From Chrysomallon squamiferum (lineage: Eukaryota > Animalia > Mollusca), in contig CM022674.1 of assembly GCA_012295275.1 (NCBI GenBank), positions 2,232,001 through 2,296,000 of the forward strand: 64,000 nucleotides of DNA, written 5' to 3'. The notes below the pieces were generated by a model, which was not told the DNA's origin, did no database searches, and saw only the letters and a list, made by a program, of their open reading frames with translations. Both the position numbers and the translations under genes were made by a program. How positions within the stretch are numbered: the stretch's first letter is position 1; each line of letters starts with the position of its first letter. This document shows positions 14,450 to 27,594 of this stretch, in pieces.

Positions 14450-14730
14450 GCGATGTAGCGAATTATCGTCGTTGTAGCTGCCGTCTCTCTCATTTGTTCA
14501 GCGTGGTGCTGTTATTAACACTCTGAAAATAACTGCACATCACTTATAAATATATATATTTTTTTTTGCCCTGTGTTGTGCACAATGTAATGACTTTTGT
14601 GTTAGCTTTTGTCGAAGAAAATTACACAGCGGTTAATTATCGATCTTTTTCTTTTTTTTTCTTTTGTTGAACGTTATGTTTTCAGTGTTCACCGTACAAA
14701 TTAGCATCATGTTTACATTGTGTAATTAAT

Positions 14731-14801
<71 letters not shown>

Positions 14802-15517
14802 TACCTAGATACATTTTGTAATTTATTCTTAGACCGTAGCAGTCCTGCTGGTAGCAATTTTCATTTTTTTTTTTTTTTTAATACAACAGCAAATTCCGAG
14901 ATTAGAAACATCAAAATAAAAAACCTCAATAACGTGAACTATCTGTTGTATTATTAGAAACGATGTCATTACAAAAACAATTATGCTAAGAACATTCTGG
15001 AAATAGTTCTTGTTTTCTTTTTGTTCATGAAAATTAAAACGAAACACGCAAATGTTTCACGTCTTCTTCCATCGACGAACAGGCTGGCTCTACTGACAAT
15101 CGCTAGATGTTACGCTCACAGTGTTTTGCGATAACATCTCCGGGGTTGTCGGTCTATTTGGCTTCACGCTGAAATTCCCGCCAAATTATCTAGCTTCTCG
15201 CCGCGATTTCGGTATTATGTTTGTTTTCAAATCTCTGAATCTGTTTTGCTGTACCTGTTGTGATGAAAAACACCCATTCATTACTCTTACCTTTTATTTT
15301 TTTATTTTTTTATTTTTTTCTCTTTTTTCTTCTTCGTTTTTGTTCTTTTTTCACGAAGAAATATTAGCTGGTTTTTTTTTTTTTTTTTCTTTCTTGAAGA
15401 GATGAAAAATGCTAGATATGTATTTGTGTGTTATGAGACGGCTTATTTTTGCCTTTTCTTTTCCTTTTATTTATTTATTTATTTATTTAAATTTGTTTTG
15501 GCTTTTGTTGTTTTTTT

Positions 15518-15549
<32 letters not shown>

Positions 15550-16157
15550 TTTTATTTATTTTCTCTGTTGTTGTTTTAAATATTCTTATCTGTATTAGTC
15601 ACGTACTAGTTATTACAATAGTTCATAGAAGAATTAAGATTTATTTGGTTTTAGGCAACATTCTAATTATTTTGGGTATTTTGATGTTAATATTGATATC
15701 ATTATCATCGTTATCATCTTCATCATCATCTCCATCATCATCATCATCATTGTTATTATCTGTGGTATAGCAACTGCAGATAAGTAAGTACTACTACCAC
15801 CTCCAACATACAACTACTACTACTACTACTACTGCTAATAATAATAATATTAACAATAGCAAGAACAACAATAATAACGATGATGACGACGAAATCGCAA
15901 GAAAAAGTAAAACAGTAAACAAACGCACATAATGAAATAAACAAAATAAATAAACAAATAAATAAATAAACAAATAAACAAATAAATAAATAAACAAATA
16001 ATTAAATAAATAAATAAACAAACAAATAAATAAACAAACAAACAAACAAATAAATAAATAAACAAACAAACAAATGAATAAATAATCATATTTACATAAA
16101 AATCGATCCTACTATTGTACACATTTGCTAATGGTTTTTTTAACATGCAGATTTTTT

Positions 16158-16201
<44 letters not shown>

Positions 16202-17234
16202 TGATCGACTTCGAATCAAGGTGACAGTTAACCGCTGATTCAATTTGTTTGTGAGTAAATGTAACGAATCTGATCACGAAACTGATTAGGACGATTTCAA
16301 AGCATCATTCTACAAAAAAAAAAAAACCTGATTTACTCTTACAGTTCTCGCTGATGTTTGTTTTTATTTTTTTTCTCTTTTATTTATTTCGTTTATCTTT
16401 AGAGATACTTACTAAGATACACACCAAAGCGTTCATCTCCCTTTATCTTGTAGAATTATTTATTGTTGCTTTTTGTTTGTTTATTTGTTTATTTTTAACG
16501 TTTTTGGTAAACTCTTGTGAACTGAGATCAGTTTCGGAAACCTTAAAAGAAAAGAAAAGAAAAAAAAAACAACAAACAAATAAATAAAGTAAAATAAAAT
16601 AAATCTTCTTTGTTAATGTTTCGCAGTTTTAGTCATATCTCTGGTTTTCAGCTTTGGAAATTATCAGAACAAAAAAACAAAAACCATAAATATGTGCTTA
16701 GTGCAATGATGTTATATGTTTTATATATATATATATTTTACTTTTATGTGTAATATATTATATTTAATACCTTTTTTTACAACCAGAATATATATAAATC
16801 AAAATGTATGTTTGTGTGTTTTTATATGAGTGTGTATGTGTGTGTGTGTGTATAGGTATATATAGATATAGATACACACATATTATACATAAATACATTT
16901 TCATAAGTTAACAAACAGTCTACTTTAAAATGAGAAATACTGAAATTCATATATAAATGAATTAATGAGAAGTGAAAAAAAGAGAAAATGTTCAGTAAAC
17001 AAAATAAATAAATAAATAAATTAATTAATTAATAAATGAAAAAAAAAAAAAAACAAAAAAAAACAAAAAGAACAAAATAAACAAACAACAAACACAAACA
17101 AACAAAAAAACAAATAAAAAAAAAAAAATAATAATAATAATAAATAAAATAAATAAAAAAAAACCTGAATAGTCACAAATGATGTGAATAACAACAAAAT
17201 TAATTATATGTTTATTTTAAAATAACAAATGTAT

Positions 17235-17294
<60 letters not shown>

Positions 17295-17381
17295 ACAAAC
17301 AAACACACTCAAACAAACACAAATTAAAAATTATAACAATAAAAAATAATTTTAAAAAAAAGTAAAAAAAAAAAAAGTAAA

Positions 17382-17476
17382 TGGTCAGAACCAGGTTTCG
17401 AACCCACGAACTACAGATTGTATTCGTCCGTTATCGATCAAAAACAATCTTCTGATATCTTCTACCTCAGCCACGC
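17382..17476 (-). mobile_element. Degenerate tRNA-derived SINE-like head
   Basis: Minus strand reads TGGCTGAGGTAG (A-box-like) ... GGTTCGAAACC (B-box, 17394-17404) ... TGACCA; it does not form a full cloverleaf. Confidence 0.45.
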
Positions 17477-18201
17477 TTTGAGATCGATACTTACTGAACA
17501 ACGAGAGCCTACATTCCAGTGTGTAAACTTCTTGTTAAACTTAAAGAAAAACGCTCCTCTAGATAATCAGCAACTTGTTTACTTTAGTATCACGTTAATC
17601 AAAAACAGTTTGAAAGAAAGAAAAATAATCGCTGAACAGAAAACAAAGCAGGGTTAATAAGCTGAAGTGTGGGTGTTTGTTTTTCTCTGATTAACCGAAG
17701 TATGATGAATGAAGGACTGTTTGTTTAAAGACTGTTTCAAAATACGTTGTTATTAAAGTGACATTAATGACTTACTTCTTTTTTTTATTTATTTTTTATT
17801 TATATATTTTTTTGTTTCCTTTCTTTTTTTTTTTTTTTTTTTTCTTTTTTCATTTTTTTTTTATTTTTACTTTCATTGTTGTGGTTATTATTATTATTAT
17901 TATTATTTTTTTTTTGTTCATCTGTAAGTTGTTTAAGTTAATTCTAAAATTAACTTACACCAAACAAAAATAATAAACACTGACTGTTTTGTTGGTTAAA
18001 TAAAATTTCAAATAATGAAGGAACGTTTGATTAAGAGAAACACTGAAGTATATAATTTCAGTACACTTGGATATTATTGTGTTGCTGTTGTTTTCATTAA
18101 TTATTTATTTTTAGTTTTGCTGTGAGTATTCGTATTTCTAAATATATTGTAAGTACATATATTAGCGTATTTGTGTATTTATATACATACTTCTGCATGT
18201 T

Positions 18202-18205
<4 letters not shown>

Positions 18206-18268
<63 letters not shown>
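18206..18268. repeat. (GT)n microsatellite
   Basis: Direct reading; other (CA/GT)n runs near 2205, 17238, 18535, 36055, 41766, 51280, 53170 and 57662. Confidence 0.97.
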
Positions 18269-18273
<5 letters not shown>

Positions 18274-18531
18274 CATGCCTATACGTATGGGTGTATGGGT
18301 GTATTCATGTACTTTCCAAGGTTCCTGTACACTCACACTCACAGTATTCACGCACACACACACACACGCACACACACGTATAAACACAGGCGTCTATTTT
18401 TTTGTTCAGTTAGTTATAACAGATTAACATGTTATTGTCACCTGATCACTGTATCCCCCATTAAACATCACAACACGTGCAATTTATGTCTGAGGAAATA
18501 ATAAACTTCATGCACCATATGTTACATACAT

Positions 18532-18590
<59 letters not shown>

Positions 18591-18627
18591 GAGAGATAGA
18601 TAGATTATATAGATAGATATATAGATA

Positions 18628-18662
<35 letters not shown>

Positions 18663-19558
18663 ATTCATGTATTGTGTATATACATTTATATTCATATATT
18701 ATACATATATTACATATCATTCCATGACATTTATGTTGACATATTAATATGAAATGTTAATGTATTTCAAAAAAAAAATAATAATAATAATAAATAAAAA
18801 AATAAATAAATAAAAGCTTACAGTATATTGCAGACTCAATGCTGGAGTTTGTTGTTAGATATTTTCATTCTACGTGGTTTTCTGGTACAAGTAAAATCTT
18901 TTTTATATTGTGACAAGTTAAGCTTTATCGTGTACGGGAAGTGATAGACCTAGAGATCGAATCTCGCTAACCGCTATGTTTCCATATTGATTATTTCCTC
19001 TTGAGGTAATTTGTTAATTCTATTAATTAATTAATTAATTTGTTTGTTTATTTGTTTAATTATTTATTATTTTATTTATTTATTTATTTAATTGTTTGTT
19101 TGTTTGTTTGTTGTTTTTTTGTTTGTTTTTATTTTTTTGCTTACTTTTTTTTATATATTTAGTACTACTACTACCACTACAACAGCAAGTATTGCTGCTA
19201 CTATTATTACTACTACAACTACTACTACTACTACTTTATTAATATTATAGTTTCTTTTATTGTTGTTGTTCCTTATCATATTCATCATCATCATCATCAT
19301 CATTATTATTATTATCTTTACTAATTTAAAATTATTCTCTACCTGTAGAAGATATGATGTATTTGCAAATGGTCAAAAACTGACATTATATGTTGTGAAA
19401 CTAAAACTAGATACATTTTCTAAAAATGAAACATTTAACAAAATTATACGTTACACAAACCAGCACAGTGAACAGCACCACACAAGATAAACTTATCTTA
19501 CAGCAGATATATTAATACAACTTACAAAACAAGCCAGTATGTTTCAAAACAGGCCGCT

Positions 19559-19732
19559 TTACATAACCTCCCGTTTATGCTACATTACATAAGTGTTATT
19601 GCTTTCGTCACTTAACGAGATATTTATTTTATCATACAGTGGTGTACAAACAAAGTCTTATTTTGTTTCGACTCAGAGTGTCATTGATTACGTAACAGAA
19701 GACGTCATTTTGCGTTTCCATAAGTTACATAA
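19559..19732. promoter_or_regulatory. Cluster of four PAR-bZIP/D-box-type motifs
   Basis: TTACATAA at 19559, 19585 and 19725; TTACGTAA at 19688; GACGTCA at 19701. Confidence 0.5.
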
Positions 19733-20099
19733 ATTCAGGAACCGGACTTATTTGTCCGGGGAATCCAGCAAAACTGGATATTTACCAGAAAAAAAAAAAA
19801 AAAAAAAAACGACCTCAGAAACATGTTAATTAGAATCTGTTAAGAACAGTTTCGTTGTTTACTTTTCTTTGTTTATTTTTCGTTGTTTATTTTATATGTT
19901 AAGAATATATTTAATCTCGGTCTAGAAAAAAAAAAAAAAGGATTCTACAGAAAGACTCTCTTGCCTGATAAATGGCCTGAAGTCTGAACTGAATCATTTT
20001 AAAAAATGTATATATTTTACCTGCACATAGTCAAATTTTAATTAATAAATGAGCATAACAACGACTGCAAGTTTGACAAGTGTACAGTTCATAAAATAT

Positions 20100-20940
20100 C
20101 TCGGCTGTTAGGTTTTTGTTGTGATGACGTCATCGCACCTTTCAGAAACGTTTCAAAAGTCATCATCTACATATTTCACGGAAACCGAAAAAAAAAAAAA
20201 AAATCGTAAAACGTTTCTTTCAAAAAAAAAAAAAAAATTCTTTATCTGATACTTATTCCGGAGAATAATGACGCATCACAGAGATAGCAGACACGAAACA
20301 TTTTCACTCAGGCAGTAAGTCAGAGAGACCTACTCGAGCAACGACCGTGACGACGTTGACAACGACTTTGACAACGACAAAAAAAAAAAAAAAAAAACAC
20401 CCTCTGCTCACGGTCGACGTCATCATTTTTAATAACGAGTGCACTAATGCAGAACACGTGTTGAGAAATAATTATAACGCAGATATTTCTAGACATCTCA
20501 TCGATCTGTCCTCGTAGAATCGCCTCACTACATTTATCAATAATACTATTAAACGCATGCGGTTTGTAACAGCGAGCGAGTTTTTTTGTATGTGATCGCC
20601 ACGAGCTGAAAAGAGATAATAAAATAAAATAAAACAAAAACACACAACGAGAGAGAGAGCTTTTTTTTTTTGTTATCAACTTCGACAGAGCAATTTCCGC
20701 GACCATCTTTTGTTTGTCATCATCAACAACAGATCAATTCTTTCCTGCGATAATAATTACAGAACTGGTAGCAAAATACAGCGGTTGAAAGTTTCCGTTC
20801 AGGTAGAATGTTAATGGTGGGTTGGGTGTTGTGTTCACAAATTGTCCATTACCGTGGGTCGCGCAGAAATCTGTTTCATTGGTTGTCTGTTTGACACTGA
20901 CGTTGTGTGGACATCTCCGTGTTTGTTGGAGAAAGATTCG
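20100..20940. promoter_or_regulatory. CpG-richer promoter/enhancer-like island
   Basis: GATGACGTCATC palindrome at 20123-20134, CACGTG near 20455, ATTGG near 20878, and locally high CpG density. Confidence 0.4.
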
Positions 20941-22059
20941 TTTATACTGCTATTATCTGGACAGAGCTAATATCGAAATACAACAGGGGTTTTAATAATT
21001 GAGGACCAAAATTATACGCACCAAAATTAACAACAATATATCATTTAAGAAATTAATCGAATCGTAATATATACAGACTTGGAAGGTTTGCAGTTCTGGA
21101 CAAGTTTGCTGTTGATGATCACGTTTTTCAGTTTTGTGTTAGATAATAAATTACTGATGTCGAGATTCGAGCATCAACTTTAAAAAAAACTGTCCACTCA
21201 GGTTTGTATGGACAGTTATATGATAAGAGTATCTGCTTTAACCCAAGCAGTTAATCACATCAGAATATCAGCAAGATGTTTACATTTGTGGCTCAGACTG
21301 TTATGAGCGATTACATCAAACAATATCCTCTTTGCTCAAGGAATTAACCTATCGAAGGTTGGACAAGGAAGTGAAATATTGAGGGCATGTTATGGTATGA
21401 ACGTTTAAGATAACAGTGTTTTTGCTTTGCATAAGGAATTAATGACGTCAAAACGTAGGCAAGATATTTAAATTTCCGCACCAGATTCATGGGGAAGAAT
21501 CTTAACAAAGATTTCCCAGTCTAGAAAAATTTGATGTACACGATTTCATCTCTTTGCATCACTCTACACATCAGACTGTTTGTGTAATTTCTCAATGAAG
21601 ACGCAAATGAAGCACATTAAAGAATAAGGAATAAAATAAGTATATAACAAGAAAAAAAAAAAAAGAAGGAATATAAACATTATAACCAAAACTCATTTAA
21701 TAATATTATATTCTTTTGTTGAAGAATTCGGGAATTAATTACCGAAATTTTTCCAGAATCTGAAATCTGGAACCATTCTGCAGCAAACTTGCATCTGAAG
21801 ACAATTCTCCTGGAATCCTCTCAAAGTCGTATATTACGTATTAAAGCTGTCAAAAAGAATAATCTCCCCAAAGCTTTCGGAATCTTCCTGTCCATGTCGC
21901 TTTCAGTTGTTGTAAGATATTTCTTGTATTTATAGTTATTGAAAATATTACGATGTTCACTGGTTTGATTAGATTATGGACGCATCGCGTAACTTCACAT
22001 AAAGAAAATCTCTGAGATCAGTGTAATGGTATTGGTTTGGGTTAATGTCGCACTTTTCT

Positions 22060-22620
22060 GATTTGGCGACGTCTGTAACGTCTTCGCTGCTACATCGTTG
22101 TGATTCTCAGCTTGTAGAGACATCGTCCACCAGATTTTGATTCTAGGTCTACTTGTGTGGCGTCATTTCTGTACTGTTGATTCTTCTATTGTTATTATTA
22201 TTATTATCATCACGATGTCATTTCAGTGACTGCTTTGATTCTAGAGTGCTTGAAATATTTTGAATACTGGATTATTATTACGTCATTGTGACCTATCTTT
22301 AGATACTGTGATTATAACGTCATCATTTTGTTTTTAATTACAATCACTGTGACGTCAGATACTTCAGAGTTTCTGATTAAACAGTTTGCAGAATCGCTGT
22401 CATCTTCACGTTAGACTTCTAGTTATGCCACTGTGACGTCATTACCATGGATGTTTAATTGTGACGTCAATCCATTAAATATTTTTTATTCCATCATTAC
22501 AAGATCACCATTTTAAATATTTCGATTCATCAACACGGATGGAATCAGTTTTAAACTTTTGATTCTTCAGTCGGATAGTAACCTCATCACCTTGAATGTC
22601 TTGATTCTCCACCAGGACGT
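22060..22620. repeat. Decayed tandem repeat of about 35 bp carrying CRE motifs
   Basis: Recurring (CTGT)GACGTCA(T)...TTGATTCT pattern; perfect TGACGTCA at 22350, 22434 and 22462. Confidence 0.55.
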
Positions 22621-23404
22621 TTTATAACATTCAGTAAATTGTAATTCACCTATTACATCGTCCTAATTTGATAATTTTACTCTCTGTATCTTTTTCAAAT
22701 TGATAGTCCTGTGACAAACCAGATGTTACCACGAATCGTAATTTTCAGCCAAGTCTAATTGCGAACAACAAAATCGTTATCATTAACAAATACATTTTTT
22801 ATGCATTCTTTGAACCATTAACGTGAAGAACCTTGAATCGCAATTGACATTGCTGTTTGCTGCCATTTTAGTTTTTTTTATTTCTTCACGTGATTGGCGG
22901 AGAGAAGCGTGATTTTCTACAATCACTTGATGTCAGTAGGCGACCGTTACAATCAGAAGCTGACAAGCAGACTTCGTGACTAATGTACGTTTTCGCAGGC
23001 TTTTGTTTCTCTTCGATTCTGCATTCATCTGAGTCCGCATATTTCTGAAAATACACAAAGAGACGCAATACAAAAGCAATACGAGGAGAGAGAGAAAAAA
23101 ATGAAAAAAATGTAGAAGAAGAATCAGAGGAATAAAGAAGGAAAAAAATCAGAGCAAGATTGCTGATTGCTCTCATCAAATCTCTGAGACTGCATATTCG
23201 AAAAAAAAAAAAAATAAAATAAAAGACGAAAATAAGAAGGTAAGAAGAAAATAATAATAAGAAAAAAAAATAAAAGAATCAAAGAAAGAAAACGAAAAAA
23301 ACAAGAACAAACCACAGCAAGATCGTTGAATGCAATAAAAAAAAGTCAAATCACTGAGGTTGCATTTTTGATTCTGAAATGAGGACGACAAATAAATAAA
23401 TAAA

Positions 23405-23460
23405 AAGAAGAAGAAGAAGAAGAAGAAGAAGAAGAAGAAGAAGAAGAAGAAGAAGAAGAA
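23405..23460. repeat. (AAG)n microsatellite
   Basis: Direct reading. Confidence 0.97.
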
Positions 23461-24185
23461 ATTATATATATATATAAAATTTAGAAGATTAAACAAGAAG
23501 AAGAGAAAAACAACGAAAACAACTAAAAATCCCGCAACATTGTTTAATGCACGACTTTAAATCCCAACGGCTTTGTCGTACATTATTTATTACAAATTAC
23601 GTTTCGTGTTCATATTCGTCGACATCCAATTACTTTCAGCAAAGGTAGAACGGTAAGGCCACACTGCATATTAATATTGAATATGTTGACAAACTGTTAC
23701 TAATAACAACAGTATCGTTTCTATGGTGTTGGACCGTCGACAGTGGAATGCTGGTCTCTTCACACGTCGTCGATGACGTTGTTGGAATATTCTGGGAGAG
23801 CTGAATAACATACTATAAAACAACAAACAGTTTATATTCATCCTGAACTGCGAAGATGCAAATTTGAATCGTTAATTGCTTTGTGAATCGGCAGATGTCT
23901 GTTACCAATATATTCTAATACTATTTTTTGTATTTTTTTTTTTTTTTTATATTATAATCTAAATGAGTGTATTGTGTTTGTTTCTGCGTTTCACGGCGTT
24001 TCGATCGATTTTCATTCCAGCCTAGGATTTTGTTGTTTTTTTCTTTTTATGAAAAAAAAATTATGAATACAGAGAAAAGATTAGTTATAAATTAACCGTT
24101 GTGTGGATTTGCTTCGTGTTTCTGTTTTGATGATTAAACGGAAGATGCTGAAGCTTTTCGTGCAATTGTTTTTGCAGCAAAACAC

Positions 24186-24470
24186 AGCAAGGAGCTGTTT
24201 TATTTTACATTAAATCATCTGCAAGGAATTGTGTTTTATTTTATATCAAATCTGTGCAAGGAATTGTGTTTTATTTTACACTGAACTTCTGCAAGCAAGG
24301 AACTCTCTATCTGAAACCAAGGACACTGCAGTTTTTGCACTACAGTTGTACAGAAACCGTTTTATTTGACACCGAAATATCAGCAAGGAAACTGTTACAT
24401 TTTGCACTAAATTTCTGAAAAAGGAAAATTGTATTTCTTGTTTAAACCTCTCCAGGGAACTGAATTGACT
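24186..24470. repeat. Decayed tandem repeat of about 33-36 bp
   Basis: GCAAGGAA(T/C)TG(TG)TTTTATTTTA(C/T)A... units near 24187, 24220, 24256, 24295 and 24383, with weaker copies near 24317, 24420 and 24453. Confidence 0.8.
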
Positions 24471-25681
24471 GTACAACTGTCTGAAATTAAAAACGGAACA
24501 GCTCTGCAGAATAAAAGAAAAAGAAAAAAAAGAAACGATCAAAACTGTTTTATTTTGCGCACAGAAACTGTTATAATTCACATCAGATTATGTTTACATC
24601 AAAACTCGTTATCTGTGGCTCAGACAGTGCACATTAATAATAAATTATACACATTACAACGTGCAGTAAAATAAACACTGTCATGGAAACAATTCTTTTT
24701 TTCCTTCTAAAGGACTCGACTCTCTCATTTGTACGGAATCATTCTCTGGAACGCGTTCTCAACATATGAACAGAGGACAAATTTTTATTTAAATCTTTCT
24801 TGTTTTGAATTACAGGCTGGAATGGAAACGTGTAACGATTTGATCAGAATAATGGTGCATTACGTTCTAAAACTAGCCTGAAAGCCTATGAGGATAAGGA
24901 ATAAAAGAATATAAATAAATATCAGCTTGCAAGGTCTGAAATATATATAGATTAAAAAGCGATTAAAACACATGTTTTAACGGGATTATATTACCGCCTT
25001 CAAAATCTTTAATAGAAAATTTGATCAGGAAAACGTGGATTGTAAAGGAATAAAAACGTTCTATGAGGATTACGTCATATTTGACGGTTACGTCATAATC
25101 TGCAGGAATAAGGAATACTTTTATGCTTTAGAATAAAAGGAACATAAAAGTCTATAAAGATTCTGGAAAGAAAGAAAAAAAAGAAGAAGAAAGGATTAGT
25201 GAGCATCTACACAGAAGGAATACGCCATACTTTATTACTCTAAACCTTTTTTTTTGTGGAAAATATTCAATAAGAGATATTTGATATCTTCACCAGAAGG
25301 ATTATATCAAAAATCTATAACTTGTTTCTTTTCTTTTTTCTTTATCAGCTTCTATTAACAGATAGTCAGTGAAACTAACTTACGAAAGAAGTATTTAAAA
25401 TTTATAATATTTATAAACAGCTTTTGTCGTCATTAAACTGGAATAACGTTATGGTGAATATGCTTCTGTGAAAATAAAACACACAATAAAAAAAAAAAAA
25501 AAAAAAATTAAAAAAAAGCTGATCTGTTTCAAAGCATCTGATTATATGTTATAGCAGTTTGAAAACAAGAAAATTACCCAATATTACGTCCATAGAAAAA
25601 AAAAAAAAAAAAAAAAAAATAAAACGAACATACAAATTTTCACAACAAACGATTGGTTGAAAAAAACAAAAAAAAGATGGT

Positions 25682-25695
25682 GTTGTCATGGCAAC
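25682..25695. promoter_or_regulatory. RFX X-box motif
   Basis: GTTGTCATGGCAAC, one mismatch from the palindrome GTTGCCATGGCAAC. Confidence 0.5.
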
Positions 25696-25725
25696 CAAAA
25701 ACTGAAGACAACTCATCAATTAATC

Positions 25726-25760
<35 letters not shown>

Positions 25761-26038
25761 CATTATCCCACAAGCTTGTATTTCATATTTTTTTTTGTTT
25801 TTATTTCTTTTCCTCCATAATGGACAATCAGATCAGATCAGTAATAAAAATGTCGAAAATAATTCTGAAGCTTTACGAGTAAAGATCTTTGTAAAGCGCT
25901 CAGCTATTCATCACTGGAAAACATTATGCAAATGTTACGGCCGCAGTGCAGCTGGTAAATACAACGACAGGGACGTGTTTAACATCATCTTTCAGACGCC
26001 GACGTCGTTAAATACATAAGACACTTAAAAAGAAAAAG

Positions 26039-26074
<36 letters not shown>

Positions 26075-26770
26075 AAAAACAGAATAATAGCTTCTACTTC
26101 AACTGACCAGTGTTAAGACATTACGCATACGTTGACTTGAGTTCTCTCCAGAGAAATTCGTCTATTTGTTATTCGGCAATTTGGCCAACAAAACGATAAC
26201 CATTTGAATAATGCTTTGCCAGTTTTTGGCGTCAGTTACATTATTCAGAAAACAGTGAAACAAAAAAACAAAAAAACAAAAAATCGTTAGGAGAGAATTG
26301 TTTTTCCTGCACTTTGCAAAGCCATTTCAAAGGCGACATCTAATTTGACTGGAACTTTAAAAAGAGATAAAACCACATTTTTCCTCTTTTCCTCGTGTTG
26401 CGTTATTGCCACAAAACGCGACGACGCGGTCATACATTTTTGACCGTGATCCTGCTGCTGCTGCTACTACCGACCGTCTCTTCATCTTTATATAGTTCGT
26501 GAAGAAAAACGTGAAAAAGGAAGAGAAAAATAACCCCGTGCAATTATTTCAAACAATTGGAAATAACCAGACAGCTGTAAAAAGAAAATTGACGGAAGAG
26601 CGAGAATGGACGGCCTCACAGATTTCATCACATTGCTCTGCAATGAAACCATGATCACCAAACGGACAAATTAATTTATTTTCTTTTTCTTCTTTTTTTT
26701 TTTTTTTGTTCTCGCTCTGGCTCGCTCTTCTCTCTTCTCTCTTCCCTGACTAGCGATACTGACTTTGCAG

Positions 26771-27011
26771 AAGTCATCGTATTTACCAGTCGTGCTCGGT
26801 TGCTGTGACAACCGCGCAACACGCAGATGATGACAGGTTTTTCTATGACAATTACGCTTGGAATTTAAAAACCAGTCGACGGTACGCAACATCCATTTCA
26901 CACAGCGCCAGAGTCCACATGAAGACTGAGGATAAAACGATGTTCGAAAAATTTATTAAAATGATAAACGACACGACAAACCGAGTGCACGAGATTGTTA
27001 TTCACAGCAAG
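26771..27011 (+). CDS. Candidate spliced exon with an 80-codon open frame (...MKTEDKTMFEKFIKMINDTTNRVHEIVIHSK); product unknown
   Basis: Pyrimidine tract and CTGAC branch-like motifs precede a TTTGCAG acceptor (AG at 26769-26770); AAG|GTAAAA donor at 27012; frame open from 26772 to 27011; non-repetitive composition; in-frame ATGs at 26919 and 26940. Confidence 0.35.
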
Positions 27012-27581
27012 GTAAAACGATTTTACTTATCTCTTTTGAATTTTCGTTAAAACAAAAAATCTCTCGCTATTTATTTCGTGTTGTTCATTTTCATTGACGT
27101 TCGTATCACGTGATGTCTAATTTGGTGACTGCTGATGTCACAGCTGCTTTTTGATAATGCGTATTGACGTAAATAGAGTTTCGTGTATGAGTAAACACGG
27201 ACAAATTGATGTACGTATTCCTACACTCACAACAGATGTTCACGTACCTTTACAGTTATACACGCCTATTAATATTCGTGTATATTATGTATGTTTGCGT
27301 GTATGTGTGCATCTATGTATGTATGTGTGTGTATTTGTATGTTTATATGTTTGCGTAGGTATATGTGTGTAAATTTGTGTGTAATTATTATTATTATTAT
27401 TAACTTTTGTAATATTTAGCATATGCGTAGCTAATCTTTAAACTGCAGACTAAGTTTTTTATTTATTTATTTATTTATTTATTTAGTTTTGTAATAATTC
27501 TTATTTTGTGAAAAAAAAAAAAAAATTGCAGCGTGAAGGCATTAAGTGAATGTTACTTCACACTTTTGGCTCTGTTACTTC

Positions 27582-27594
27582 AGGTCAAAGGTCA
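27582..27594 (+). promoter_or_regulatory. Perfect nuclear-receptor DR1 element
   Basis: AGGTCA-A-AGGTCA. Confidence 0.5.

Noticed and set aside
17382-17476. Functional tRNA gene
   Set aside because: The acceptor and anticodon stems do not pair; retained only as a SINE-like remnant
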